Origin: Macrostomum lignano
Lineage: Eukaryota
Assembly (NCBI GenBank): GCA_002269645.1
Contig: NIVC01000522.1
Span: 434,001 to 498,000 of the forward strand
Reading direction: 5' to 3'
DNA: 64,000 nt
Under the pieces are notes generated by a model. It searched no databases and was not told the origin of the DNA. It worked only from the letters and a program-made list of their open reading frames with translations. The position numbers and the translations under genes were made by a program. The first letter of the stretch is position 1. Every line of letters starts with the position of its first letter. Positions 1-13,520 of the stretch are shown piece after piece.

Positions 1-756
1 TAGAAACTCTAGTTTAATAAGCGCAAAAATTTATTTTACGTTACAGTTTTGTCGCTCTTTTTTTGTAGGTTTCCTAGTATTTTATTACCCTAGTAATGTT
101 GCGTAATGCTTTATAATGTTGCTCATGTTGCTAAAACCCTAGACAGTTCACTGACGTTTCGGTGTTAATATTCGTTCAAGCTACTTTTCTGTCAGTAGTC
201 TGAACGAGTATCTACGGCTTAAGTTTGAAAAAAAACAGAAAAAAAATTTATTTGTTTCTCTACTTGTATAGTTAGAAGTTACAGTTAGAAAATATTTTAA
301 AATCATTACATAGAATAAAATCAAATTATTGGCAGCAATGCATGAATGTTTTAGCATAAATTTTTATATTTATTGAATCAGTGCACAGTGAACTATAAAC
401 CTAGTGTTCTATAGTAACTCAATGTTGACTATAACTCCTATCTTAATTCTTGCTGTTTAATTCTATCCTAGCTACTAAATGCACTTTATTGCTACACATC
501 TAAGGTAAATAAAAAGCACTTTAAGACAGACACAACTGTCAGTTGAGAACTGGGGTTCGCGCGCAAGTTCAAGCACAAATAATTCTTGGCACAGCAATGC
601 ACTGTAAGCATTTCGCAAATGATCGATTTGTTTTTTTCTTGCACAGAACTGAATTGGGTTCCGCCGAAGACAACTTCGGTCAAGGAAACTTCGTCTACAG
701 GGACAGGAACAGCCGATCTCGCCAGTATCTCATCGCTATCTCGCACGTGTCTCATC

Positions 757-1022
757 CTTATCTCCAGTATATCATCCCGATCTCGCTAGTATCTCATCCC
801 GATCTCACTAGTATCTCATCCCGATCTCACTAGTATCTCATCCCCATCTCGCTAGTATCTCATCCCGATCTCGCTAGTATCTCATCCCTGTCTCACCAGT
901 ATCTCATCCCTATCTCGCTAGTATCTTATCCCTATCTCGCTAGTATCTCATCCCTATCTCACCAGTATCTCATCCCTGTCTCACCAGTATCTCATCCCTG
1001 TCTCACAAGTATCTCATCCCTT
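757..1022. repeat. 22-bp minisatellite (TCTCGCTAGTATCTCATCCCGA variants)
   Basis: About 12 adjacent copies visible; boundaries approximate. Confidence 0.9.
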
Positions 1023-1655
1023 ATCCGACTATCTCATCAGCGCCAGGCTATCAGCAAGGCTTCAAGCAGAGCCGCACCCAACACCCAATCACTGGATCGC
1101 TGCAGTCCTCATCTCCAGAGTCAACAACAGCCCGCAGCCTCTCAGGACTCAGAGGGTACGGGATTTGCCCCCCCCCTCCAGTCACAGCCGCCTTGAGTTA
1201 ATTGCCTACCAAACGGTCAGTCAGGGTGGATGGAGAATTGGTTTGCTACAAGCATTACAGAAATAAGCCAGCTAATGTGCGACTAGAAAGACCAGGAAAA
1301 GGCCATACAAGCCCTGTTGGGTCCCCGAACAACGAGTCGCACCATAAGCTATATTCGCATAAATTGTGCCGGCAGCCATGGAGTACAAAACTAGATGTCT
1401 AGATTTAGGAATTTTAACAGAAAAGTATTCAGTATTCCATTCCCTTAGTAGTTTAGTACGATGAGCTTTCTGTGAACAACTGATGTAGAAGCAAGCTGCA
1501 CTCGCAAGGGCACCCAGCTGCTCCTGTCTCTCAAAAAACTTTTGAGCTCAGCTTGGACAAAACACGCACTTGCTATCATTTGGAATTCGAGTCCATAACC
1601 ATTTTAGACGTGCTGTCACTTTAATCAATCCCTTTAATACCATAGACTACATTTA

Positions 1656-2045
1656 AGCTACAGAGAGGCGCCAGCTACAGAGGGGGCGCAAGCTACAGAG
1701 GGGGGTCACCAGCTACAGAGGGGCGCCAGCTACAGAGGGGGGCGCCAGCTACAGAGGGGGGCGCCAGCTACAGAGGGGGCGCCAGCTACAGAGGGGGAGC
1801 GCCAGCTACAGAGGGGGCGCCAGCTACAGAGGGGGCGCCAGCTACAGAGGGGGCGCCAGCTACAGAGGGGGCGCCAGCTACAGAGGGGGCGCCAGCTACA
1901 GAGGGGGCGCCAGCTACAGAGGGGGCGCCAGCTACAGAGGGGGGCGCCAGCTACAGAGGGAGCGCCAGCTACAGAGGGGCGCCAGCTACAGAGGGGCGCC
2001 AGCTACAGAGGGGGGCGCCAGCTACAGAGGGGCGCCAGCTACAGA
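1656..2045. repeat. 18-20-bp minisatellite GCCAGCTACAGAGGGGGC
   Basis: About 20 tandem copies differing only in G-run length. Confidence 0.95.
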
Positions 2046-2756
2046 GTATTGTGAATTCAGTGCTAATAAGTGTAAAACTCCTGTCTCACAAATGGATTTG
2101 GCAGCCGACAACAGACCTGTAGCTGCCCACGCTGATTTCTTATAAAAGACAGACAAAGTGCAGCGCCTAGCAAGGCGAAAAAAGCAATTTCTTTGGCAGA
2201 AGAGCGCCCGATTCTCAATCTCAGAGACGCCTTCAGTGGGGCAGACAGTTTTGCAATTTTCAAATTAGCGCCAGCGCTGTTTCGCGTCGTCTGCTTTGCT
2301 CCTCGCCTTTCTCAGAGCCGATAAATTGAACGATTCAAGCCTCTCAATCTCTTCTTCTTCTTTCCCCATTCTCAATCTCTCGATCTTCCCTGGAAGCAAT
2401 TCGAACAGAGAGCTTGAAAAATCAAAGTCATTTCCTGGAAATCCTCGCTCCTGCCCACCCCCTCCCCTTTATCTTTCGCCCACATCCGGAATGTCGAAGA
2501 TAGACGAGAAAGAGGGAAGCGACGGGGGTTGGTAGGGAGGTTGGATTGAAATTGAAAATGCCTTGTTGGATGGAGAATGGGATCAAGTGGGGGTATGGGG
2601 ATAGAAAGATAGATAGGAAATCGGCTTTGATTGAAATGGCTTCATTCCCAATGAAATTGCGTCGTAAAAATAAGAAATAAAGGTTTGGGACGACTTCTTT
2701 CAGAAAATGGTGGCAGAAATTCGTTCGCTTGACTTTTTTGCGTCTCTTTGAGGAAA

Positions 2757-3585
2757 AGAAGAGAGTGAATGCAGAGAGAGGCTGAGGGAGAGGAGAGTGG
2801 ATGCAGAGAGAGGGTGAAGGAGAAGAGAGTGGATGCAGAGAGATAGAGAGGCTGATGGAGAGGAGAGTGGATGCAGAGAGATAGAGAGGCTGATGGAGAA
2901 GAGAGTGGATGCAGAGAGATAGAGAGGCTGATGGAGAGGAGAGAGTGGATGCAGAGAGATAGAGAGGCTGAGGGAGAGGAGAGTGGATGCAGAGAGATAG
3001 AGAGGCTGAGGGAGAGGAGAGTGGATGCAGAGAGATAGAGAGGCTGAGGGAGAGGAGAGTGGATGCAGAGAGATAGAGAGGCTGGGGGAGAGAAGAGAGT
3101 GGATGCAGAGAGATAGAGAGGCTAAGGAAGAGAAGAGAGTGGATGCAGAGAGAGGCTAAGGGAGAGAAGAGAGTGGATGCAGAGAGAGGCTAAGGGAGAG
3201 AAGAGAGTGGATGCATAGAGAGAGAGGGCGAGGAAGAGAGGAGAGAGTGGATGCAGAGAGATAGAGAGGCTGAGGGAGAGGAGAGTGGATGCAGAGAGAT
3301 AGAGAGGCTGAGGGAGAGGAGAGTGGATGCAGAGAGATAGAGAGGCTGAGGGAGAGGAGAGAGTGGATGCAGAGAGATAGAGAGGCTGAGGGAGAGGAGA
3401 GAGTGGATGCAGAGAGATAGAGAGGCTGAGGGAGAGGAGAGTGGATGCAGAGAGAGGCTGGGGGAGAGGAGAGAGTGGATGCAGAGAGATAGAGAGGCTG
3501 GGGTAGAGGAGAGAGTGGATGCAGAGAGATAGAGAGGCTGGGGGAGAGGAGAGAGTTGATGCAGAGAGATAGAGAGAGAGAGACT
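2757..3585. repeat. 38-40-bp purine-rich minisatellite (GAGAGTGGATGCAGAGAGATAGAGAGGCTGAGGGAGAG)
   Basis: Tandem copies; explains the spurious ORFs 3156-3677 and 3190-3627. Confidence 0.95.
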
Positions 3586-4404
3586 CTGAGGAAGAGAACC
3601 CTGTCTGTCTTCAACTTTGAAAGGCAACCGCAGAAATTCCGGCAGTTGTGCTGCATCCCAGTCGCAGAGCCCAGCACTGTGTTTATCCCCTACATCTGAC
3701 TACTCGCATATCCGGTTATAATCTCCTACCCTTCCCCCTTCGCTTTAAAAAAGGTCGCCTGTCTCCACGATCCCTTTCCTTGATCCCCAGGCAGGGACTA
3801 AATCAATTTTATCCCCGTGGCTGCACCTCAAAGCTGCCTCCCCCACAAGTACGTGCTGCGTGCATGCTATATTTTTCTACACAAACACTCCTGCAGCTCC
3901 CGGCTCTCTACTCTATTTAACTATCAGCCTCAAAGTACAAGTTTATTTGACAAGAACTTGTCAAAGCTGCGAGAAAACAGTGGGGAATAAAATAGAACGG
4001 AGAGCTTGAGCAGGAGAGATGAGGCTCTGTACAGAATCACCCGATTGTCAATACTATAGGACTGAGTTTGCTATACTTTTCCCTTACGGGATACCGTCAG
4101 GCCCTTCAACCAAGGTCACGCTTGAGCTTTCAAGCACTTAGTTAGGAATTGGCAGATCGTTAATGGGAGAACTCGTTCTGGCATGAAACACTGTGCTCAG
4201 AGGAGAGGAAAATGCGTTATCAATTTGACTGAGTTGGATGTTTGTAGATGGGATTATGGCAGAGGCGGTTTGGCGATTAACCAATTTGTTCCAGTTTATG
4301 CAACATGCTGTCCTTGGCTCTCGTAGGCTGGAATGACAACCATGTACTCTTCCCACTGTCTACCGCACATTGTCTCTGGCCTTTCCTCCCCCCGCTCCCC
4401 TGTC

Positions 4405-4880
4405 TACTCTCTCTTATCTACCCTCTCCTATCTACCTTCTCCTATCTACCTTCTCCTATCTACCTTCTCCTATCTACCTTCTCCTATCTACCTTCTCCTA
4501 TCTACCTTCTATCTACCTTCTCCTATCTACCCTCTCCTATCTACCTTTCCTATCTACCTCCTCCTATCTACCTCCTCCTATCTACATTCTCCTATCTACC
4601 CTCTCCTATCTACCTTCTCCTATCTACCTTCTCCTATCTACCCTCTCCTATCTACCTTCTCCTATCTACCCTCTCCTATCTACCTTCTCCTATCTACCCT
4701 CTCCTATCTACCTTCTCCTATCTACCTTCTCCTATCTACCCTCTCCTATCTACCCTCTCCTATCTACCCTCTCCTATCTACCCTCTCCTATCTACCCTCT
4801 CCCCTCTACCCTCTCCTATCTACCCTCTCCTTTACTACCCTCTCCTTTACTACCCTCTCCTATCTGCCCTCTCTTATCTA
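4405..4880. repeat. 14-bp pyrimidine-rich minisatellite TCTACCTTCTCCTA
   Basis: Tandem copies; produces repetitive ORFs in all three + frames. Confidence 0.95.
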
Positions 4881-5384
4881 CTGTATTCTGCATAGTTAAA
4901 TCTGATCAAAGAATATATTTCTCTGCACAGACTTCCGGACTAGCAAGTGAGGAGAATTTTTCAGGATTTACGCAGTTGGGGATTTTATGCTACTAACTCT
5001 GAAATGTACATTTAAAATCGCAGATTGATGTACTTTTCAGAGCCAATGGATCTCGAATTCTCGGAGAACGATTATTGACTTGCATTAATTGTTGTTAGTC
5101 TTCAAATTAAGCTCTCTCTAGAGCGCCAGTTGCATGCACACTCAATGGAAATACTAATAATAAATGCAATTAATAGTTAACACCCACGCCTGTCATAAAA
5201 TGCTCTATTTCTGTAGTGCTCAAGGACTTAACGCTTTCTCATTTGCTGCTGGATGCAACGGCTTCAGATTCTGGAAGGGGCGCTGTCATATCTTATCATT
5301 TGGCGACTCTGTGCGTGGGTGTTCATCGAATAATGTGAGATGTTGTGCGTCCGTCTGGAGACTCAAAAACAAATAAATAGTGTC

Positions 5385-6085
5385 ATGGTGAGAGGTGGAG
5401 TCAGAAGTAGAGTGGGATTGGGAGAGAGGTGGAGTCAGAGGGTAGAGAGGGCTTGGGAGAGAGGTGGATTTAGAGGTAGAGTGGGCTTGGGAGAGAAGTG
5501 GAGTCAGAAGTAGAGAGGGCTTGGGAGAGAGGTGGATTTAGAGGTAGAGAGGGCTTGGGAGAGAGGTGGATTTAGAGGTAGAGAGGGCTTGGGAGAGAGG
5601 TGGATTTAGAGGTAGAGAGGGCTTTGGAGAGAGGTGGATTTAGAGGTAGAGAGGGCTTGGGAGAGAGGTGGAGTCAGAGGTAGAGAGGGCTTGGGAGAGA
5701 GGTGGAGTCAGAGGTAGAGAGGGCTTGGGAGAGAGGTGGAGCCAGAGGTAGAGAGGGCTTGGGAGAGAGGTGGAGTCAGAGGTAGAGTGGGATTGGGAGA
5801 GAGGTGGAGTCAGAGGTAGAGTGGGCTTGGGAGAGAGGTGGAGTCAGAGGGTAGAGTGGGATTGGGAGAGAGGTGGAGCCAGAGGGTAGAGTGGGATTAG
5901 GAGAGAGGTGGATTTAGAGGTAGAGAGGGATTGGGAGAGAGGTGGAGTCAGAGGTAGAGTGGGCTTGGGAGAGAGGTGGAGTCAGAGGGTAGAGTGGGAT
6001 TGGGAGAGAGGTGGAGTCAGAGGGTAGGAGTGGGCTTGGGAGAGGTGGAGTCAGAGGTAGAGAGGGCTTGGGAGAGAGGTGGAGC
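5385..6085. repeat. 34-bp purine-rich minisatellite GAGAGAGGTGGAGTCAGAGGTAGAGAGGGCTTGG
   Basis: About 20 tandem copies. Confidence 0.95.
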
Positions 6086-6789
6086 GCATTCATATAAAAT
6101 GTCAGGGCGGAGTCAGAGTGCCGAAAGGCCTCATTAAAAAGCTCTACTCACATCGATTTTATCTTGCAATATCATTAATGAAAGCTGGTCAAAGGCATTG
6201 AGTTCACCCTAACCCGATCTGTAACCCAAGACACTGCGACCTTCTGCTCTTCTACTTTGTATAGAAAATCTTTTTCGATAGAAGTTTTGTTTTTCTACTC
6301 TCACTAAAATTGAGTCGCTAGCGGCGGAGTAGCCAACCCATTTTCTTTTTTCTTTCTTGCCTGTCCGTCACTGCAGCTTCTCTTTGATGTCGCGCTGTAC
6401 CGTGAACAGCCGGGTTTCTTCCTGATTGTAGGCAACATTTTCTACACAGGGTAGTGAGTACAGAAGCACTAAAGCAGACTATGAGAAACTTGCCCACAAT
6501 GCAGCCGGAGGGGCTGAAAGATTCAAGATTGTTCTCGAGATCCGGCTGCTCAAGCTATTCGGGAAGAAAGTTTCTTCAATGGGCCCGACGAGTTGGTAAC
6601 CTGCTTCGGCAGAAAATTAATCGAGTATGAATGCACTAATGTGTATTTAGAAATGAGTTTTATAATGCAGGTACAAGCTGTGGAACATTGTAGGGAACAG
6701 GATCGAGGATAAGGGTCATCTGGTTTGAATCAGATCGTCTGACCATGACAGTGAATTGGGTATTGGCACTATACTCTCGACTTAATATG

Positions 6790-7525
6790 ATGTACACAAT
6801 ATCTGGTACTCAGCATCCTGTACATGTACACTATATCTGGTACTCAGCATCCTGTACATGTACACAATGTATGGTACTCAGCATCCTGTACATGTACACA
6901 ATGTATGGTACTCAGCATCCTGTACATGTACACAATATCTGGTTCTCAGCATCCTGTACATGTACACAATATCTGGTACTCAGCATCCTGTACACAATGT
7001 CTGGTGCTCAAGCATCCTGTACATGTACACAATGTATGGTACTCAGCATCCTGTACATGTACACAATGTATGGTACTCAGCATCCTGTACATGTACACAA
7101 TATCTGGTTCTCAGCATCCTGTACATGTACACAATATCTGGTTCTCAGCATCCTGTACATGTACACAATATCTGGTACTTAGCATCCTGTACATGTACAC
7201 AATAGCTGGTTCTCAGCATCCTGTACATGTACACAATATCTGGTTCTCAGCATCCTGTACATGTACACAATATCTGGTTCTCAGCATCCTGTACATGTAC
7301 ACAATATCTGGTACTCAGCATCCTGTACACAATGTCTGGTGCTCAAGCATCCTGTACATATACGCATTATCTGGTACTTAGCATCCTGTACATGTACACA
7401 ATAGCTGGTACTTTACATCTAGTAAATAGTTTCTGGTACTTAGCATCCCTTACAAAATTCATTAATCTCGTAGTCAGCCTTCTGTACACATTATCTGATA
7501 CTCAGCATCCTGTACACAATATCTA
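6790..7525. repeat. 34-bp minisatellite ACTCAGCATCCTGTACATGTACACAATATCTGGT
   Basis: About 21 copies, each with the palindrome TGTACATGTACA. Confidence 0.95.
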
Positions 7526-7658
7526 GTACCGTACATTACCAAATATCCAGTACTTAGTCAATACGCCATCTCCAAGCACAGTCAATCGCACAACAAAGGC
7601 ACAGTCTCCGCACGCACAGCCAAAACACGCCCTCAAGTCTCCATCTCAGAGTCGGTCA

Positions 7659-8294
7659 TCAGCAGCCGTTCCGCCTCCGCTGCCTGACCAGCCGAGCCAA
7701 GACGTGCAGAGCCGTCAGCACTCCGTCGCCGGAGCTGCCCACAGTGCGGTGCACGTGCGTCGGATGCCCCAGCCGCTCCAGCATCTCCATCTGCAGCCCG
7801 GCCGCCACGGACCAGCTCGGCAAAGCCATGGGCAGGTCCTGCTTGTTCGCCAGCACAATGACGGGCACGCCGAGCAGCTCCCAGCTGGTGGCCACCTCAA
7901 ACAGGAAGCTGCGTGCCTCATCTAGCCGCCGTGAATCGTTGCTGTCCACCACGAACAGGACAGCCTCAGCGCCGGCGCAGTGGTAGCGCCAGAAGTCCCT
8001 GTACAGCCGGCGGCCACCGACCTCCACAACGGCCAGCGCCGGGCCGCCGCAAGGCAGACGGATCTGCGCGCCGACGCAGCCGAACGTCGGCTGAATCCGA
8101 CTCGAGTCCGCGGCCTCCGCTGCCGCCACTTCGTCCTCTTCGTACTCGTCGTCCTGAAGCTCCTCGTCGAATTTGGAGGTTCTGGAACAGCCGGGGCCGT
8201 AGCGGCAGGTGAGCTGGCGCAGCAGGGTGGTCTTGCCGCAGTTGTCCAGGCCCAGCAGCAGGACCCGAACCGGGGTGGAGTACAATGCTCCCAT
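7659..8294 (-). CDS. Intronless Arf-like (ARL) small GTPase, 211 aa from MGALYS, atypical G3
   Basis: N-terminal MG, G1 GLDNCGKT, switch I PTFG, G3 EVGGR, FVVDSND, G4 NKQD. The ORF-track start at 8441 is probably an upstream extension; Met50 is at 8294. Confidence 0.9.
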   Translation of the reverse strand: MGALYSTPVRVLLLGLDNCGKTTLLRQLTCRYGPGCSRTSKFDEELQDDEYEEDEVAAAEAADSSRIQPTFGCVGAQIRLPCGGPALAVVEVGGRRLYRDFWRYHCAGAEAVLFVVDSNDSRRLDEARSFLFEVATSWELLGVPVIVLANKQDLPMALPSWSVAAGLQMEMLERLGHPTHVHRTVGSSGDGVLTALHVLARLVRQRRRNGC

Positions 8295-8800
8295 GGTGTC
8301 CTCGGGGCGAGACAAAGGCGAGATGAAGCGCCAGCCGCTGCGCTTTTCCCTGTTGCTAAGGGAGAAAATATCTGCCCACCACCCCGACCCCAGCTGATCC
8401 CTGCCTGCGCATTGGGATAGGAAGGAACCGGGCTGAGCCAATCAGGGAAGTCTGCAGATGTGCGCTGCTAGGGGGGTGGGGGTGCATGCATCAGGCCAAG
8501 GTAGGCAACTGCCACCTGCTTCCTGCTGCGCTGCTTTGCAACCTGTTGCAATTAAAGAAGAGCCGCTGCAGTTGTTCCGCCAGCCAGCAGGCGGGTGGAT
8601 TGGGGATTCACCTCTCCACCGGATTGGGAGGGCCCAGCCTCTCGGGATGAAGTGTTTCCCTTCCAAGACACGCCTGTCTCTCGGAATCTGAGCTCGTTAT
8701 CTCTAGACTGATGTCTTCTCACGTTACTGCCTTATTTACAGCCCTGTTTCAACAATCATGACTGACGCTTACAGACTGATACTTGGCGACTCTGACTCTG

Positions 8801-9444
<644 letters not shown>

Positions 9445-10179
9445 GCTTAACCGAATTCTATGCGGCAGTGGACAGAAAGCTTAATCACAGACACATCCCC
9501 CAGCATGCAAGCAGCTGGCCTAAGATAACAGCGCACGGGTGCGGATGTCAGTCATTCCCCAAGGATTATTTCGACTTGAAACTGCTGCTTTTCTTAGAAA
9601 ATGCATGCCAGCACCAAATGTCCCGCGTCCGGCATGGGAAGTGAAAAGACGCAGAGAGGCTGCAGTTGCAAAAAAGCATTTCCTATTCCAGAAATGAATT
9701 TCTTAGCAAAGACAGACAGTCGGCCAGGCAGAGAGGCAGAGAAAAAAGAAGTTCTTGCTGCCCAAGTGTTGCAATTTCGAGCAAAATTTTACAGGCAAAA
9801 GCGATGCCTCTTCTCTGAGAAAGTTTCCAGCAATTTCTCTGCTTCTTTCATGCGTTTGCATGGAAATTTTCGCTAACTGCAGTTACCATCGCAGACAGAT
9901 GGCCGTCATCAACATTTTATGGTTGTTCACGAGAAACTGGGGCATCAGGAATTGTTGCTGCTGCTTAGCTAAATTTCTGGCTGGCTTTCAACTGCTTTTG
10001 GATCAGACTGGATTACATGCTTATCGCGTCAAAGTGCACTGCCCAAGGGGGACTGCCGCTCTCTTTACATAGTTGCATGCTGAGTGAGTGGGGGTGCAGT
10101 TTTTTGCAACTAGACCCCACCTATTGATCCCCTTTCTCTAATCCCCTCTTTCCCTCCTCTCTCCTTCCCCATCGTTCTG

Positions 10180-10184
<5 letters not shown>

Positions 10185-10262
<78 letters not shown>

Positions 10263-10271
10263 GTCTCTCTG

Positions 10272-10313
<42 letters not shown>

Positions 10314-10329
10314 CCTCCCCCTCTCTCTC

Positions 10330-10409
<80 letters not shown>

Positions 10410-10435
10410 CCTCTCTCTCTCTCTCTCCCTCCCTC

Positions 10436-10471
<36 letters not shown>

Positions 10472-10500
10472 TGCCTCTCTCTCTCTCCCTCTCTCCATCC
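10185..10500. repeat. (CT)n microsatellite, upstream copy
   Basis: Dinucleotide tract with interruptions. Confidence 0.95.
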
Positions 10501-10649
10501 CTCCCTCTATCTATCCATCTCTCTGTTTCTCCGTCTCTGCCTCTTTCATTCTCCCCCTCTCTCCTTCTCTCTCTCCCTCCTCTCGCTCTCTCGCTCTATC
10601 AGTTTTTTTATGATGACTGACTTTAAAGTTAAAGCGACGCAAAAAGCGA

Positions 10650-13068
10650 CGCAGAAGAATAACTGTCGCAAGACGAACCAGCTCCTGAGCAGCTACCGGT
10701 CTGTCAGCCTGATCTCGCTGGACACCAAGGACCTGGCATTCCGACGGGACCAGATCAGCCTGGAGCGACAGTCTGCTGATGGGGCGTTCGCCGTCGCCCT
10801 GGAGACGGCGGGCGACCTTCCAAAAAACTGAGCGGGCCGGGGGCGAGCCATGGGCCCCCCCAACTGAGGGTGACGAACCTTTCCAGCCGCGCTCTCGCAC
10901 CGACTGAACTGCAACTGCTGGAGCGCGGCCAGTCCTTCGTAGTGGCTCCTCGGTGCACCTAGGCGGAGTCTCTGGCGTCCGGCGTCCGCGACTTTGGCGA
11001 GCGTCTGGCCGTGTCGGCGGCTCGCGGCTTCAAGCGCGAACTGACGGTGGACGACGGTCCGCCGCTTCCCCGCCGCCCAACGGCCAGCATCGATCCGAGC
11101 CGCCTCCGGCCCGAAATTAAAGCCGCTCTGGCGGAGCTGGACGACGTCAGGGAGAACATCCGGGACTGCAGGAACGCTCCAAACATCAGCCAGGCGGAGG
11201 CAAAGGCACTGCGAGATCTGCGGGCAGACAAGTCCATCGTCATCAAGCCGGCCGACAAGGGCAGCCAGCTGGTCATCCTGGACCGGCAGGACTATGTCCG
11301 TGAATGCCTGCGTCAGCTGGAAGACCCGCTGTTTTACCGACCTCTGAGCGCACCGATCAGCCGCTTCACAGCCCAGATGATCCGCGGCGTCTCAGATCGC
11401 TGCTGGACCGAAGGATCATCGATCGGCGCCAGTTCAACGCCTTCTGCCCGAAGGAGGAGTTCCGCACGCGGTGCTTCTACATCCTGCCGAAGATCCACAA
11501 GCCCGTCAAGTCGTGGCCGCTCGGCGACATTCCTCCGGGCCGGCCCATCGTGTCTGACGTGGACAGCGAGTCTTACGCCAGCGGCCGCTTCATCGACAGC
11601 TTCCTGCAGCCGATCGTCATCCAGCTGCCCAGCTTCATCAGGGACACTGACCACTTCCAAGCCGCCATCCGCGGGATCGCCTGTGCGGCGTCCGAGGAGT
11701 CCTTCCTGTTCACCATGGACGTCGCCAGCCTTTACACCAACATCCCGACCGCGGCCGGACTCGAGTGCGTACGGAGGGCCTTCAGGGAGCACCCGGATGC
11801 CAGGCGCCCAGACGCGAGCCTCCTCAGTCTGCTCAAGCTTAACCTGGAGCGCAACGACTTCGAATTCGACGGCAAATTTTTCCTGCAAGTGAAAGGCACG
11901 GCCATGGGGAATTCGTTTGCACCCAGCTACAGCAACATCTACATGGGCTACTGGGAGCAGCGGGGCCTGGAGCTCAGCCCGCAGAAGCCCGCCCTGTGAC
12001 TGCGCTACATCGACGACATCTTCGGCGTCTGGCACGGAACGAGAGACGAGCTGGTCCGCTTCCACGAGCTCCTGGATGGCCTCGACCCGAACATCAGGTT
12101 GCAGCTGAGCTACAGCAGCACCGAGGTCAACTTCCTGGACACCACCGTCTTCTAGGACCGCGAGGGGGACTCCAAGCGTCTGGCGACTAGAGTCTTCTTC
12201 AAGCCCACGGACAGCCGAGCTCTTATCCACCGCGACTCATTCCACCCGAGGCGGACGTTCAAGGGTGTGGTCAAGTCCCAGCTCATCAGATACGCCCGCA
12301 GGTGCTCCCGGATGGTCGACTTCGACGCGGCCTGCACCGAGCTGCTGTCGAATCTGGTGCAGCACCAGGGCTACAACAGGCGTTTTCTACGCAATATCAA
12401 ATACGAGGTGCTGGCGGAGCTGGGTTTCTACCCGACAAGGCGGTGGGAGTTCGGCTTCCTGCCGTGCAACCCGGCCCGGCTGTGCAAGTGCTGCCAGGCG
12501 CACGCCAGATTCACCTCCGTCTGCCCGGGATCCGCGTCCACGACCGTCAAGATCACCATCAGCCAGAGGATCGACTGCAACTCGGTCAACGCTGTCCACA
12601 CCGTGTTCTGCCGCCGCTGCAGCTGCACGGTCTACGTCGGCGAGACGGTCAACAGCATCCGGGCCCGCATGCTAGCGCACGTCGGCGACATCAGGCACGC
12701 ACGCGACACTCCGGTGGCCCGCCACTTCAGCAACGATGGCCATAGTCTCGAGGACTTTGCCTTCACCGGAGTGTGGACGCGGGACGGCTCTGGACCCAAG
12801 GCCAATGAACGACGTCAACGCCAGGAGGCCAAACTCATCGCGGTCCTGAAAACTCTGGTCCCACATGGCGCCAACGAGCTGGCCGGGGTGCTGCACAATC
12901 CGGCGATCCCACTGATTGTGCCGCACTGCGCTGGGTCAGACACCCTGGTTGCCAAGGTGAGGGACGGCGTGGCACAGCACTGCGATGCCCCTGCCGGCCT
13001 TCACTAAAGGGAGGAGCCTTCGGGATCTACTCTGCCACAGCCAGCTCGAACCAGCTTCTGCCAATTGA
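10650..13068 (+). pseudogene. PLE polyprotein, disrupted
   Basis: Premature TAG near 10959, frameshift near 11400, TGA at 11997-11999, TAG near 12152, frameshift near 12990; the reconstructed frame ends ...AFTKGRSLRDLLCHSQLEPASAN* at 13068. Confidence 0.85.
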
Positions 13069-13483
13069 GATCAGCTGTACAAAGGCTCCTTTACTGCTAT
13101 TTTCCCCTCTGTGATTTTTTCATTGACTTTATTTTGATTTATTCAGATTATTTATTTTCTGCTTTTTATTCATTTTTCTGACACTGTGTACGGTGCACCT
13201 GCATTTTTGCTCTGAGCATTTAATAATAATTTTTATTTACCTTACCTATTTATTTTGCCATTTATTTTTACAATTTTTATTCTACACTCAAAGGTCGTCT
13301 AGGCCCACTTGTACAGTTTTAGTCACCCCCCGCTTTTCTCATAGTCTCGGACTCGTTTTAATGTACTGACCATGCGTACTGTTTTAAGTGCTTGAGCACA
13401 TCAATTTATCGATCGTCTCTCCCTGGCGATATCGCCTTTATATATTGACGGCAATTCGCGCCAAATAAACTTCACTCGCTTGC

Positions 13484-13520
13484 AGCCCTAACGAAGAAAT
13501 TTGATTTCGAAATATCGGCT
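13484..13520 (+). ncRNA. Degenerate minimal type I hammerhead ribozyme in the PLE 3' end
   Basis: AGCC-CTAACGA-A-GAAAT/TTG/ATTTC-GAAA-TA-TC-GGCT: stem I and II pair, but the core has G5A and the helix III palindrome is only ATAT. Confidence 0.55.

Noticed and set aside
630-1200. Possible exons flanking the 22-bp array (acceptor near 645; open frames near 1030-1170)
   Set aside because: No recognisable motif and no clear donor; not supportable without transcripts.
2063-2535. Short ORFs with coding-like composition
   Set aside because: No homology recognised and no consistent splice signals.
11997-11999. In-frame TGA in the PLE as selenocysteine, as reported for some Naiad PLEs
   Set aside because: It falls at the position before LRYIDD that is typically Trp, not at a Cys, and the copy has TAG stops and frameshifts; simple TGG to TGA decay is more likely.
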